Source: Clostridia bacterium
GTDB taxonomy: Bacteria; Bacillota; Clostridia; TANB77; RGIG9151
Direction of reading: 5' to 3'
Length of the DNA: 32,000 nucleotides
Assembly (NCBI GenBank): GCA_017450465.1
Contig: JAFSUW010000019.1
Coordinates: 1-32,000 of the forward strand
The notes under the pieces were generated by a model, which worked only from the letters and a program-made list of their open reading frames with translations, was not told the DNA's origin and made no database searches. Shown piece after piece: positions 1-8,754 of this stretch. The number at the start of each line of letters is the position of its first letter. Position 1 is the first letter of the stretch. The translations under genes and the position numbers were made by a program.

Positions 1-1518
1 AAATAATGAACCATAGAAGTATAAATTTTTGATTGATTTATCTCTTTGCATAAAGTATCCAATTACGAATACTAAACCGATACTAAGCAGTAAAATATCG
101 CCTTCTACTTGTCTTATATTTTGAGATATCAAAAGTGTAATTGCATTTATAAGTAGTACCAATTTAATTGGCTGTGAATAATCTTCAAGTTTGGTATGTC
201 CTTCTACAATATCATCTACCATATTTAATGCATTTAGTAATATTAAAACTGTTGATAATAATAACAAAATAAATACATTTCCATAAACTACTTCAAAGTA
301 TACTACAAGGAATACTAAAGCAGTTGTCCAGAAAGATGATAAGTAAAATACTTTGTCTTCTCTTCCAAGGAATCCAATTAAATATAATAATGTAGGAATT
401 AATACTGCTATTAACATTGTTGGTATTTCAGGCAAATCTGCCAAATTAAGTGCATAAAAACTAAATAAACTTGCAAAAATAGGCGTTGCCACTTTATATG
501 CAACATTATTTTTAACAAAAACTTGTAAATATCCAGCACCTATTAATAAAATGCCAGACAATATATTTACCCACATAAATGGTTCTTTTGCGATTATTGT
601 ACAAACAATTAAAAATAAACCAGCAATTAGTACTCTTCCGAAATTATTCAATGTTTTGGTATAAATACTTGTATCATTTGTATTAAATGTAAGAGCGATT
701 GATAAAACTGACCAAGCAAGAACAACAAATTTTAATTCTATACCAAATTGCATTAATAAGTATGATACTGCAATTAAGAAAGATGTATAAACTAAATACA
801 AAATCTCAATATAATTATATTTCTTAAACATAACAAACATGAGTATTGTAAGCACTGTAAATATTAATGCCATATATAAATTAAATCCATCCCCAACAAA
901 TGAGAACCAATTACCAAATACAGCGTAGAAACCAGCTGCTATTAATGTAATTACTAAAAACAAATTCGATAAAGAATAATATGTAATTTCAGTCTTCTTT
1001 ATTTTTAGTTTACTTCCAGCAAATAACGAAAGTAAAAAGAAGAATATGCTAAAAAGTAATAAACCTATAGTCTTTATACCACCGGATAAAATATCCCATG
1101 ATGATGTTGCAAACATTACACCAGATAATGTGACAAGTATTACACCAAGTTTTAATAATATGTCTAATCTTCTTGTTTCACTATCTACTTCTTCTTTATC
1201 TTCATCAGTTTCTTCATAACTACTTGCTTTACTTGAAGCAACCAAAGTTAGAATACCACTAATTAAAGAACCTGCCACAACAATTTGAACTATACCTAAT
1301 ATTAATAACGAATTACCACGTGTTACAAACTTCTCTTTAGGGTCTTTTAAGTAAGAACCCATTATGCATGTACAAGCAATGTTAGCTATAAAAGGAATAG
1401 CACCAAAAAATGCAAAAAGTATTGCCTCTAATAGCTCCATTTTTGAAAGCAATACTAATGAAAATAACATAACTATTACATTAAAAAGTATCGCCCATTT
1501 CAATAATCTCTTTGACAC
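1..1518 (-). CDS. Large polytopic integral membrane protein of unknown function; partial, the 3' end runs off the left edge
   Basis: Hand translation of the minus strand gives an uninterrupted frame of 506 codons from GTG at 1518 to position 1. GGAGG lies at 1527-1531, 8 nt upstream. The protein is very hydrophobic with many predicted TM segments and one acidic loop (SSYEETDEDKEEVDSE). It is absent from the ORF track, probably because it is truncated by the window edge. Confidence 0.6.
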   Translation of the reverse strand, partial: MSKRLLKWAILFNVIVMLFSLVLLSKMELLEAILFAFFGAIPFIANIACTCIMGSYLKDPKEKFVTRGNSLLILGIVQIVVAGSLISGILTLVASSKASSYEETDEDKEEVDSETRRLDILLKLGVILVTLSGVMFATSSWDILSGGIKTIGLLLFSIFFFLLSLFAGSKLKIKKTEITYYSLSNLFLVITLIAAGFYAVFGNWFSFVGDGFNLYMALIFTVLTILMFVMFKKYNYIEILYLVYTSFLIAVSYLLMQFGIELKFVVLAWSVLSIALTFNTNDTSIYTKTLNNFGRVLIAGLFLIVCTIIAKEPFMWVNILSGILLIGAGYLQVFVKNNVAYKVATPIFASLFSFYALNLADLPEIPTMLIAVLIPTLLYLIGFLGREDKVFYLSSFWTTALVFLVVYFEVVYGNVFILLLLSTVLILLNALNMVDDIVEGHTKLEDYSQPIKLVLLINAITLLISQNIRQVEGDILLLSIGLVFVIGYFMQRDKSIKNLYFYGSLF

Positions 1519-1705
1519 AGTCAATTCCTCCTTTGAATATTTTTACATTGATATTTTAGCATAATAATTTTATTTCAACAATATTTTAATAAATTTTATT
1601 TATCGTCAATTTTCATTTTTTCTTAACAAAAATTTTAAGTAAATTTTTGGATTTTTTCCCTGTATCTATACTTTCTTTAAGGGTTTGACGCCTATCGACT
1701 TTTTT

Positions 1706-1734
1706 TTGACATCTTCGATAAAAAGTGTTATAAT
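1706..1734 (+). promoter_or_regulatory. Consensus sigma-A promoter of veg
   Basis: TTGACA (1706-1711), 17-nt spacer, TGtTATAAT (extended -10; TATAAT at 1729-1734), about 30 nt upstream of the veg start. Confidence 0.65.
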
Positions 1735-1763
1735 GAGACCAAACTTAAGATGAGGTGATCGTA

Positions 1764-2036
1764 ATGATAAGAAAAAACGATTTGTCAAAAATAAAGGAAG
1801 ACATCAGTTTTTGCATCGGTCAGAAAGTTAGACTTACCACTAATAAGGGTAAGAAAAAAGTTCTTACAAAAGAAGGCATTATAGAAAGTACTTATCCAAA
1901 CATCTTTACTGTCAGATTTGACAATAACGATAGTGCAAACCGTATGTCATACAGTTACACAGATGTACTTACTAACACAGTTGAATTAATCAGGTGTTCA
2001 GATAATGTCAATATTCAAGAACAAAGCATGAATTAA
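1764..2036 (+). CDS. veg: Veg (DUF1021) small protein
   Basis: The sequence MIRKNDLSKIKEDI...GQKVRL...FTVRF...SYSYTDVLT is typical of Veg. GAGGTG RBS lies 6 nt before ATG 1764. The track start, GTG 1755, lies inside the RBS. Confidence 0.85.
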   Translation: MIRKNDLSKIKEDISFCIGQKVRLTTNKGKKKVLTKEGIIESTYPNIFTVRFDNNDSANRMSYSYTDVLTNTVELIRCSDNVNIQEQSMN

Positions 2037-2047
2037 AATGGACTAAC

Positions 2048-2094
2048 AAAAAAGAGGTTGCTTAAGTGCAACCTCGAAAGTTGGTTCTTTTTTT
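2048..2094. terminator. Bidirectional terminator between convergent veg and rnc
   Basis: Perfect 8-bp stem gaggttgc/gcaacctc (2054-2075). An A-run (2048-2053) precedes it, giving a T-run on the minus strand. A T-run follows at 2088-2094. Confidence 0.7.
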
Positions 2095-2099
2095 ACGCC

Positions 2100-2786
2100 T
2101 TAAATTTTATTTAAGGCATCACCAGCAGCAGATTGTTCTGCTTCTTTTTTATTTTTACCAGAACCCTTACCTAATACCTTACCATTACATTTTACCACTA
2201 CGGTATATTCTTTAGCATGTTCTGGACCTTTTTCGTCAATTATTTCATATTTTATTTTTACATTTTCATTTGTCTGAAGTATTTCTTGAAGTCGCGTTTT
2301 GTGATCTTTATTTCCAATATTCTTAACAACACTATCTATTTTGCCTTTTAATGCATTAAGTACAAACTTCTTTGCCTCCCCCTTACCGCTATCTATATAT
2401 ATTGCAGCAGTTATTGCTTCAAATGCATCAGAAAGTATTGAAGGGCGCTTATCTCCACCATTTTTCAATTCACCATTCCCAAGTAACAAAAACTTTCCAT
2501 AGCCAATCTTCATTGCGGCTTCAAACAAACACGACTCACATATTATATCTGCTCTAACTTTAGTCATATTCCCTTCAGTTATTTCTGGCTTTATGTTAAA
2601 AATATATTCACTAACCAACATATTTAAAATAGTATCGCCCAAAAACTCTAATCTTTCATTACTTTCATTATGACTTAAATTTGCTTCATGCACATATGAT
2701 GTGTGTGTTATCGCATTCTTTAATAAATTTATATTCTTGAACTTGTAATTTATTAATTTTTCAAGCTCCTCTAATCTGTTTTCCAT
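2100..2786 (-). CDS. rnc: Ribonuclease III
   Basis: RNase III signature ERLEFLGDTILN plus a C-terminal dsRBD (KTRLQEI...GKGSGKNKKEAEQSAA). GGTGA RBS lies 5 nt before ATG 2786. Confidence 0.9.
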   Translation of the reverse strand: MENRLEELEKLINYKFKNINLLKNAITHTSYVHEANLSHNESNERLEFLGDTILNMLVSEYIFNIKPEITEGNMTKVRADIICESCLFEAAMKIGYGKFLLLGNGELKNGGDKRPSILSDAFEAITAAIYIDSGKGEAKKFVLNALKGKIDSVVKNIGNKDHKTRLQEILQTNENVKIKYEIIDEKGPEHAKEYTVVVKCNGKVLGKGSGKNKKEAEQSAAGDALNKI

Positions 2787-2803
2787 AAAAATCACCAAAA
2801 CGT

Positions 2804-2832
2804 ATTATATAACAAACCTGATATATTTGCAA
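2804..2832 (-). promoter_or_regulatory. Sigma-A promoter of rnc
   Basis: On the minus strand: TTGCAA (2832-2827), 17-nt spacer, TATAAT (2809-2804). This predicts a very short leader that begins just before the GGTGA RBS. Confidence 0.55.
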
Positions 2833-2844
2833 ATTAAACTCTGA

Positions 2845-3122
2845 GTTTGTCAAATATTTGCGTTTTGTCTGCGTTAAACTGCGCATCAAAAATCCTCAGC
2901 GTATAGCACATACGCTTCCGGTTTTTTCGCTTGTTTGCCTTGCCAAAACACCAAATCTTTGACAAACATAAAGTTGGTATAAGAGAATTGTGGAATACGC
3001 ATATTAAGCACTTTTACATCCAATATTGTAGAGACCGGTGGTAACGAAGGTCCAATAACTAAACTCAGTGACAAACAATAATTTTTCAGTTTAACGCCGC
3101 CAAAACTCAAAATCTCCCAAAC
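2845..3122. repeat. MITE-like palindromic element with about 37-bp terminal inverted repeats and an internal third arm
   Basis: Arm A (2845-2881) is gtttgtcaaatatttgcgttttgtctgcgttaaactg. The reverse complement of arm C (3087-3122) matches it at about 30/37 positions by hand alignment. The reverse complement of arm B (2944-2967) matches the first 23 nt of arm A, so 2845-2967 is a long hairpin. The element is GC-enriched relative to surrounding spacers and fills the gap between the acpP terminator and the rnc promoter. Confidence 0.45.
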
Positions 3123-3133
3123 TATTTGGCACG

Positions 3134-3160
3134 AAAAAAGGACAAACCATAAGTCTGCCC
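3134..3160 (-). terminator. Rho-independent terminator of acpP
   Basis: Minus strand reads gggcagac-ttatg-gtttgtcc, an 8-bp stem that includes G-U pairs, followed by TTTTTT. Confidence 0.6.
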
Positions 3161-3178
3161 TAAAAAAATCAATTTTTA

Positions 3179-3409
3179 TTATTGTTGGTGTGCCTTTATA
3201 TATTCTACAACATCACCTACTGATGTAATTTTTTCTGCTTCTTCATCAGGAATTTCCATATCAAACTCTTCTTCAAGAGCCATAATAAGCTCTACTATAT
3301 CAAGAGAATCTGCACCTAAATCATCAATGAAAGAAGATTCCATGGTAATTTCGTCCTCTTCAACGCCTAGTCTTTCTACAATAATTTCTTTAACTTTTTC
3401 GAATACCAT
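3179..3409 (-). CDS. acpP: Acyl carrier protein
   Basis: 76 aa, acidic, with the phosphopantetheine attachment motif [19 protein letters not shown] upstream. Confidence 0.95.
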   Translation of the reverse strand: MVFEKVKEIIVERLGVEEDEITMESSFIDDLGADSLDIVELIMALEEEFDMEIPDEEAEKITSVGDVVEYIKAHQQ

Positions 3410-3493
3410 TTACATTCACCTCCTTTCAAATTATCGTCATAAATTAAATATACTTTATATATTTAATTAAATTTCTAAAAAAATATTACTAAC

Positions 3494-3521
3494 AGTATAT
3501 CAAGTTTTCAAAATATTGCAA
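3494..3521 (-). promoter_or_regulatory. Possible sigma-A promoter of acpP
   Basis: Minus strand: TTGCAA (3521-3516), 16-nt spacer, TATACT (3499-3494). Confidence 0.35.
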
Positions 3522-3526
3522 CTCTT

Positions 3527-4519
3527 TTAACTATTTTTTATTTGTTCTTGAATTGTCTTTATTGTATCGTTCTTTGCAAAATTATATGCCTGAAGTATTG
3601 CATTTTTTATTGTTTTTGCCTTTGAACTGCCATGGCACTTAATGATTCCACCATCTATTCCTAAAAATAGTGCTCCGCCATATTCACCGTAATCCATTTT
3701 ATGCTTTAGGGCCCTTAAAGATGACTTTAACAAAATTGCACCCATCTTATTTTTGAAACTTTTTTGTATCTCATCGCCAAGTAGCTTAAATATCATAAGC
3801 CCTAAGCCCTCTAAAGACTTCAATATAATATTTCCGGTAAAACCATCGCAAACCGCAACATCTACGTCACCTGTAAGTAAATCACGACCTTCAATATTAC
3901 CAATAAAATTCAAATCAGATTTACTTAATAATTCATAAGTAGACTTAGTTAAATCGCTACCTTTACCCTCTTCAGTTCCTACATTTATTAAGCCAATACG
4001 TGGTTTTTTCACATCATAGACTTTTTCCATGTAAATAGAACCCATTTGCGCAAATTGATATAAATAATCTGGTCTACAGTTAGTATTTGCACCTGAGTCT
4101 AAAAGTAAAACTTTTGTATCTTCTAAAACTGTAGGAAGTATTGGAGCAAGTGCTGGTCTATTTATACCTTTTATTCTACCTACATTAAGTAAGGCACCTG
4201 TAAGAAGTGCTCCAGTATTTCCGGCAGATATAAAAACTTCCGCTTCTTTTTCTTTTACCATATTAAGCCCCACTACCATAGAAGAATCTTTCTTTTCTTT
4301 TATGGCCTTAGTTGGCTTATCTTCATTTAATATAATTTCGGATGCATGTTTTATTGTAATATTCTTTTTTTCGCCATATTTTTCGAGTTTATCTTTAATT
4401 ATTAATTTATCTCCTACTAAAACAATTTCAGCGTCTACTAAATCTGCGGCATCTACCGCACCCTTTATTATTTCATCAGGTGCATTATCTCCACCCATTG
4501 CATCTACAAGAATTTTCAT
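3527..4519 (-). CDS. plsX: Phosphate acyltransferase PlsX
   Basis: The N-terminus MKILVDAMGGDNAP and the core SAGNTGA are typical of PlsX. The plsX-acpP-rnc order matches Firmicutes synteny. Confidence 0.95.
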   Translation of the reverse strand: MKILVDAMGGDNAPDEIIKGAVDAADLVDAEIVLVGDKLIIKDKLEKYGEKKNITIKHASEIILNEDKPTKAIKEKKDSSMVVGLNMVKEKEAEVFISAGNTGALLTGALLNVGRIKGINRPALAPILPTVLEDTKVLLLDSGANTNCRPDYLYQFAQMGSIYMEKVYDVKKPRIGLINVGTEEGKGSDLTKSTYELLSKSDLNFIGNIEGRDLLTGDVDVAVCDGFTGNIILKSLEGLGLMIFKLLGDEIQKSFKNKMGAILLKSSLRALKHKMDYGEYGGALFLGIDGGIIKCHGSSKAKTIKNAILQAYNFAKNDTIKTIQEQIKNS

Positions 4520-4556
4520 ATGTATAATATCCTTTCTTTTGTTTTCTTACAATAAT

Positions 4557-4584
4557 ATATTACATTAATAATATGATTTGTCAA
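4557..4584 (-). promoter_or_regulatory. Possible sigma-A promoter of plsX
   Basis: Minus strand: TTGACA (4584-4579), 16-nt spacer, TAATAT (4562-4557). Confidence 0.35.
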
Positions 4585-4619
4585 TTATAAGAAAAAATTT
4601 TTTTATTTTAAAATTTTTA

Positions 4620-4648
4620 TTGAATAATAAAATTTAATATATTATACT
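4620..4648 (+). promoter_or_regulatory. Possible promoter of the SRP RNA gene
   Basis: TTGAAT (4620-4625), 17-nt spacer, TATACT (4643-4648), a few nt before the predicted RNA 5' end. Confidence 0.45.
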
Positions 4649-4651
4649 ATA

Positions 4652-4928
4652 TGTGGTTATGCTATGTGGAAGATTAGCGGCCTTCTGTACCTGAAATCCG
4701 CTATAGCAGGGCTTATGCCTTACTTGAGGGTTTCTGTTTTAACAACGGATTTAGTGATTTGGTGTTGACAATATAGGTCTTACTCGATAGAAAGCCACAA
4801 ACCCCGTCAGGTTCGGAAGAAAGCAGCGGTAAGTGTATCTTTGTATGTGCTGTAAGGTTGCCTATATCGAGCTTTGTTACTATATAACGCTTAAAATAGT
4901 AATTCGATTCTAAGGCGCATAACCATTA
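4652..4928 (+). ncRNA. ffs: Signal recognition particle RNA, long Bacillus/Clostridium type with Alu domain
   Basis: Conserved domain IV motif gtcaggttcggaagaaagcagc at 4806-4827 (compare GUCAGGUCCGGAAGGAAGCAGC). The ends pair (tggttatgc near 4654-4662 with gcataacca near 4917-4925). It is a GC-rich island in an AT-rich spacer. The position upstream of dnaX-ybaB-recR matches B. subtilis. The ends are approximate. Confidence 0.85.
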
Positions 4929-4944
4929 TTTAATTTTACTACTA

Positions 4945-5952
4945 ATGAGAAGCAAGGGGGTAATTAAAATTAAACTTCGTAATATGCGTTCTAATTTAAG
5001 ATTTTGGATGTATTTTTCTTTGTTTGTACCAACCTTAGCAATGGCTGCGTTTTCTTGCTTACTTATAAATAATATGTCATCATTAATTAGTGCTACTCCA
5101 GTTTACTACTATATAATAATAATGATGTGTGCTATTTTAAGTATAGGCATAACGCTTATGGTTTTTCACTCAATAAAAACAAGTTTAGAGACATCCTCTA
5201 AAAAAATATATGATTGGTCAAATAAAATTAAAGAGGGAGATTTAACCGCTCGTCTTACGATTTCACCAAAAAACGATTTGTACTACATTGCTAAATCATA
5301 TAACGCTATGGCTGATATAATCGAAAACTTGGTATCAGAAAACGAACGAAAAATTGACCTACTAAACACTAAAAATAAAGAACTAGAGCAAACAAATAAT
5401 GATTTGGTTTTAGCTTTGGTTTCTGCAATTGAAGCAAAAGACAGATACACAATTGGCCATTCAGAAAGAGTTTCTAAATATGCAACTTTAATGGCACAAA
5501 AACTAAACTTACCTGAAGAACAAGTACATGAAATTAAAGTAGCTGGTATGCTTCACGATATAGGCAAAATTGGTGTTGCTGATAGCATATTAAATAAACC
5601 TGGCAAGTTATCAAAAGAAGAATTTGAAGAAATGAAAAGGCATCCTTCGATTGGTACTTACATATTAAACACATTAAATCTTTCTGAGAACACATTAAAC
5701 GCAATTAATTATCACCATGAAAGATTTGATGGAAAAGGTTATCCTTTAGGACTAAAAGGAAAAGAACTTCCACTTGAAACTCAACTTATTTCTCTTGCTG
5801 ATGCATACGATGCTATGACTTCTGAAAGACCTTACAGAAATGCCATGACACATGACGAAGCAATTGAAGAAATAAAGAAATCATCAGAAAAACAATTTAG
5901 TCCTGCATTAGTTGCTTTAATAGAAAATACCGATTTAACGGCTATGCAATAA
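4945..5952 (+). CDS. Membrane-anchored HAMP/HD-GYP domain protein, predicted c-di-GMP phosphodiesterase
   Basis: Two N-terminal TM segments, a HAMP-like linker, HD (GHSERV...LHDIGK) and the HHERFDGKGYP motif. The start is uncertain: neither ATG 4945 nor ATG 4984 has a well-spaced RBS. Confidence 0.85.
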   Translation: MRSKGVIKIKLRNMRSNLRFWMYFSLFVPTLAMAAFSCLLINNMSSLISATPVYYYIIIMMCAILSIGITLMVFHSIKTSLETSSKKIYDWSNKIKEGDLTARLTISPKNDLYYIAKSYNAMADIIENLVSENERKIDLLNTKNKELEQTNNDLVLALVSAIEAKDRYTIGHSERVSKYATLMAQKLNLPEEQVHEIKVAGMLHDIGKIGVADSILNKPGKLSKEEFEEMKRHPSIGTYILNTLNLSENTLNAINYHHERFDGKGYPLGLKGKELPLETQLISLADAYDAMTSERPYRNAMTHDEAIEEIKKSSEKQFSPALVALIENTDLTAMQ

Positions 5953-5965
5953 AATGAAAATAAAT

Positions 5966-5992
5966 AAGGTGCCACCAAAAATGGCACCTTTT
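5966..5992 (+). terminator. Rho-independent terminator after the HD-GYP gene
   Basis: Stem aaggtgcca/tggcacctt with a 7-nt loop, followed by a short T-run. Confidence 0.65.
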
Positions 5993-6014
5993 AAAATATA
6001 AAGGAATGATTTTT

Positions 6015-7511
6015 ATGGAATATGTTGCACTATACAGAAAATTTCGTCCTACTACATTCTCGGACATGGTAGGACAAGAAAACATAGTAAAAATACTGAA
6101 ACATCAAATCATCAACAACCAAGTAGGTCATGCGTATCTATTTAGTGGTGGTAGAGGCACAGGTAAAACTTCAACCGCAAAAATATTTGCTCGTGCTATT
6201 AACTGCCTAAACCCTAAAGATGGTGAGCCATGCAATGAATGTGAAATCTGTAAAGGAATATTAAACTCATCTTTAGTCGACGTGCAAGAAATAGACGCTG
6301 CATCAAATAACAGCGTAGATAATATTCGTTCTATCCGCGAGGACGTTATTTTTGCCCCAAATATGGCAAAATATAAAATATATATAATCGATGAAGTTCA
6401 CATGTTATCAACAGGTGCATTTAATGCCCTACTTAAGACTTTAGAAGAGCCACCAAAACATGTAATATTTATACTTGCAACAACCGAACCACATAAAATA
6501 CCGGTAACAATTTTATCTAGATGTCAACGTTTCGATTTTAAGCGTATTTCAGTTTCAGACATTTCAAAGCGACTTGCCTACATATGCGATAAATCAGATG
6601 TAAAGTATAATGAAAACGCGTTAAATATAATCGCAAACTCGGCAGAAGGTGCACTTCGTGACGGTATTAGTATACTAGATCAAATAATATCTTCAGGTAT
6701 TACAGAAATAACTGAGGAAAACGTAAAAGAAACTCTTGGAATATCATCAACAAAAACTGTTGCTTCTGTAATTTCATCAATATTAAATAATGATACTAAA
6801 AGTGCATTAAACAATATAAACGAACTTGTAAATTCGGGCAAAGACATTAAATATTTTATCTGGCAAGTTATAACATTTGCTCGTGATGCATTAATTTATA
6901 AAGTGACAGGTGATACTTCCCTACTTACTAATTTCTCCGCTGCACCAGATATTCGTGAAATCTCAAAAGCATCTAATGAAGAGTTAACTACTATCATTAA
7001 TGAGTTTTCAGAACTAGAAAATAAAATAAAATGGGCAACTTTCCCAAACATATCACTTGAAACTGCCGTAATAAAACTTTGTAATCCTGTAAGTACTGCT
7101 TCGCCTGTTAAACAAGTTAGTGCCCACAAAGAAGAAATAAAAGTAGAAAAAACTAAGGCACCACAACCTGCCACACCAAAGGCACCTAAACCAAAGTTTA
7201 ACAACTGGGCTGATGTAATGGATAGCTTAAAAAACACCGGCAAGATGACATTATATGGTGCTTTGATAGATACAACCGCTAATCTTTTAGACAACACTTT
7301 AACTATAAACTTCCCAAAAGAACGTACTTTTGGAAAAAGCATTATTGAGAAAGCGGAAAATCTTGATTTATTAAAAGGCATATTAAAAGAAAATACCGGC
7401 AACGAATATATTGTGAAATGTGCAATTGAAAGTGATGACACGGTACCTAACACATCAAATGAAACTGAAAATATGTTGAAAAATTCCGGTATTAATGTTA
7501 CAATTTCTTAA
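6015..7511 (+). CDS. dnaX: DNA polymerase III subunit gamma/tau
   Basis: Walker A GGRGTGKTS, zinc module CNECEIC, DEVHML and SRCQRF motifs. AAGGA RBS lies 9 nt before ATG 6015. Confidence 0.9.
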   Translation: MEYVALYRKFRPTTFSDMVGQENIVKILKHQIINNQVGHAYLFSGGRGTGKTSTAKIFARAINCLNPKDGEPCNECEICKGILNSSLVDVQEIDAASNNSVDNIRSIREDVIFAPNMAKYKIYIIDEVHMLSTGAFNALLKTLEEPPKHVIFILATTEPHKIPVTILSRCQRFDFKRISVSDISKRLAYICDKSDVKYNENALNIIANSAEGALRDGISILDQIISSGITEITEENVKETLGISSTKTVASVISSILNNDTKSALNNINELVNSGKDIKYFIWQVITFARDALIYKVTGDTSLLTNFSAAPDIREISKASNEELTTIINEFSELENKIKWATFPNISLETAVIKLCNPVSTASPVKQVSAHKEEIKVEKTKAPQPATPKAPKPKFNNWADVMDSLKNTGKMTLYGALIDTTANLLDNTLTINFPKERTFGKSIIEKAENLDLLKGILKENTGNEYIVKCAIESDDTVPNTSNETENMLKNSGINVTIS

Positions 7512-7535
7512 AAGCTATTATAAGGAGGGTTTTAT

Positions 7536-7853
7536 ATGAAAGGCGGATTCCCAGGCGGAATGAATATGAACAATTTATTAAAACAAGCACAAAAAATGCA
7601 AGCAGACATGCAAAAAACACAAGAGGAACTTGGCAACAAAATAATTGAGGCAAGTTCAGGCGGAGGAGCTGTAACAGTAACCGCTACTGGTAAAAAAGAA
7701 ATTAAATCAATTAAGATAAATCCTGAAGCATTAGACGATGCAGAAATGTTACAAGACTTAGTTTTAACAGCCGTAAACGAAGCACTTCGTCAAGCAGATG
7801 AATTAACAGCAAATGAAATGAAGAAATTCAATATACCAAACTTACCATTTTAA
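7536..7853 (+). CDS. ybaB: YbaB/EbfC family nucleoid-associated protein
   Basis: About 105 aa with [13 protein letters not shown]...GGGAVTV...G, typical of the family. AAGGAGGG RBS. Conserved dnaX-ybaB-recR order. Confidence 0.9.
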   Translation: MKGGFPGGMNMNNLLKQAQKMQADMQKTQEELGNKIIEASSGGGAVTVTATGKKEIKSIKINPEALDDAEMLQDLVLTAVNEALRQADELTANEMKKFNIPNLPF

Positions 7854-7872
7854 TTAGAAAGGGCTGATATTT

Positions 7873-8469
7873 GTGGACTCCTACCCAAAATCACTAGCAT
7901 GCCTTGTTGAAGAATTTGAAAAACTTCCTGGCATTGGTCATAAAACAGCAGGTCGTCTTGCTTTTCATGTGCTAAATAGTTCGATGGACGATGCACAAAG
8001 TTTTGCAAACGCAATACTAAACGCAAAAAATAAAACAAAGTTCTGCCCTATCTGTGGCAATATGACAGAAGACGAACTTTGTCCTATTTGTAACAATGCA
8101 AAACGTGATAAATCTACAATTTGTGTAGTAGCAGATATAAAAGATTTAATCGCTATGGAACGTACACATGAATTTAATGGAGTGTATCATATTTTAGGCG
8201 GAGTTATATCCCCTATTAACGGTGTAGGGCCAGACAATATAAAAATAAAAGAATTACTTGGACGCCTAAACGATGAAACGCACGAAGTAATTCTTGCAAC
8301 AAACCCAAATGTTGAGGGTGAAGCAACAGCAATGTATATATCAAAACTCATAAAGCCACTTGGTGTTAAAGTAACAAGAATAGCACACGGAATACCAGTA
8401 GGTGGCGATTTAGAATATACCGATGAAGTAACACTCACAATGGCAATAGACGGAAGACGAGAAATATAA
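7873..8469 (+). CDS. recR: Recombination protein RecR
   Basis: HhH motif [16 protein letters not shown]4 zinc finger CPICGN...CPICN, and a Toprim region. GTG start as in the track. Confidence 0.9.
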   Translation: MDSYPKSLACLVEEFEKLPGIGHKTAGRLAFHVLNSSMDDAQSFANAILNAKNKTKFCPICGNMTEDELCPICNNAKRDKSTICVVADIKDLIAMERTHEFNGVYHILGGVISPINGVGPDNIKIKELLGRLNDETHEVILATNPNVEGEATAMYISKLIKPLGVKVTRIAHGIPVGGDLEYTDEVTLTMAIDGRREI

Positions 8470-8471
8470 AA

Positions 8472-8495
8472 AGGCCGATTAAATCGGTCTTTTTT
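8472..8495 (+). terminator. Rho-independent terminator of recR
   Basis: Stem aggccgat/atcggtct (one G-U pair), 3-nt loop, then TTTTTT. Confidence 0.75.
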
Positions 8496-8526
8496 GTTGA
8501 ATGATACAGTAAAGTTGATGTAGCAT

Positions 8527-8730
8527 TTAATTCTGACTTATCATTATTGCTTGTTTTCTCATTTCGTTTGGATCTGTTATTTTGTTCTTTTTTATCCACT
8601 CCGTTAACTGCTCTACATGTTTTGCTGTCTCTAGTGGATTGACTACCCCTAATATTCTGTCTTCTTTCAAACCAAGTCTATAAAGATAGTCTACTAATTC
8701 CTGAGCTTTGGCTCTCATTTCTTCATCCAT
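8527..8730 (-). CDS. Small hypothetical protein (67 aa) translationally adjacent to minC
   Basis: GGAGG RBS lies 9 nt before ATG 8730 and 24 nt after the minC stop. No family recognised (MDEEMRAKAQELVDYLYRLGLKEDR...). Confidence 0.5.
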   Translation of the reverse strand: MDEEMRAKAQELVDYLYRLGLKEDRILGVVNPLETAKHVEQLTEWIKKNKITDPNEMRKQAIMISQN

Positions 8731-8754
8731 ATATAAAATCCTCCAATTCCTCAT

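Noticed and set aside
2845-2967. The long hairpin as an RNase III autoregulatory site in the rnc leader, as in E. coli
   Set aside because: A near-consensus TTGCAA-17-TATAAT promoter lies downstream of the hairpin (2804-2832). The main rnc transcript would therefore not contain it. It could matter only on read-through from acpP, so I kept this as a side note in the finding.
2886-3110. 74-aa ORF on the minus strand between acpP and rnc
   Set aside because: It lies entirely inside the palindromic repeat element. Its TTG start has GGGAGA only 2 nt upstream. The predicted protein has no recognisable features. It is most likely a chance frame through GC-richer repeat DNA.
7141-7156. Programmed -1 frameshift site in dnaX, as used for the gamma subunit in E. 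coli
   Set aside because: The A-run gaaaaaact is read as gaa-aaa-act in the zero frame. It does not form an X-XXY-YYZ slippery heptamer, and no downstream hairpin was seen.
6896-7453. 185-aa antisense ORF inside dnaX, and similar antisense ORFs at 3753-3938, 4302-4568, 12317-12625, 13042-13632, 16306-16812, 16840-17292, 19912-20220, 22297-22662, 24102-24551 and 30073-30402
   Set aside because: All lie fully within, and opposite to, genes with strong family signatures. Their products are low complexity and they have no RBS. Long antisense frames like these are to be expected in AT-rich coding DNA.
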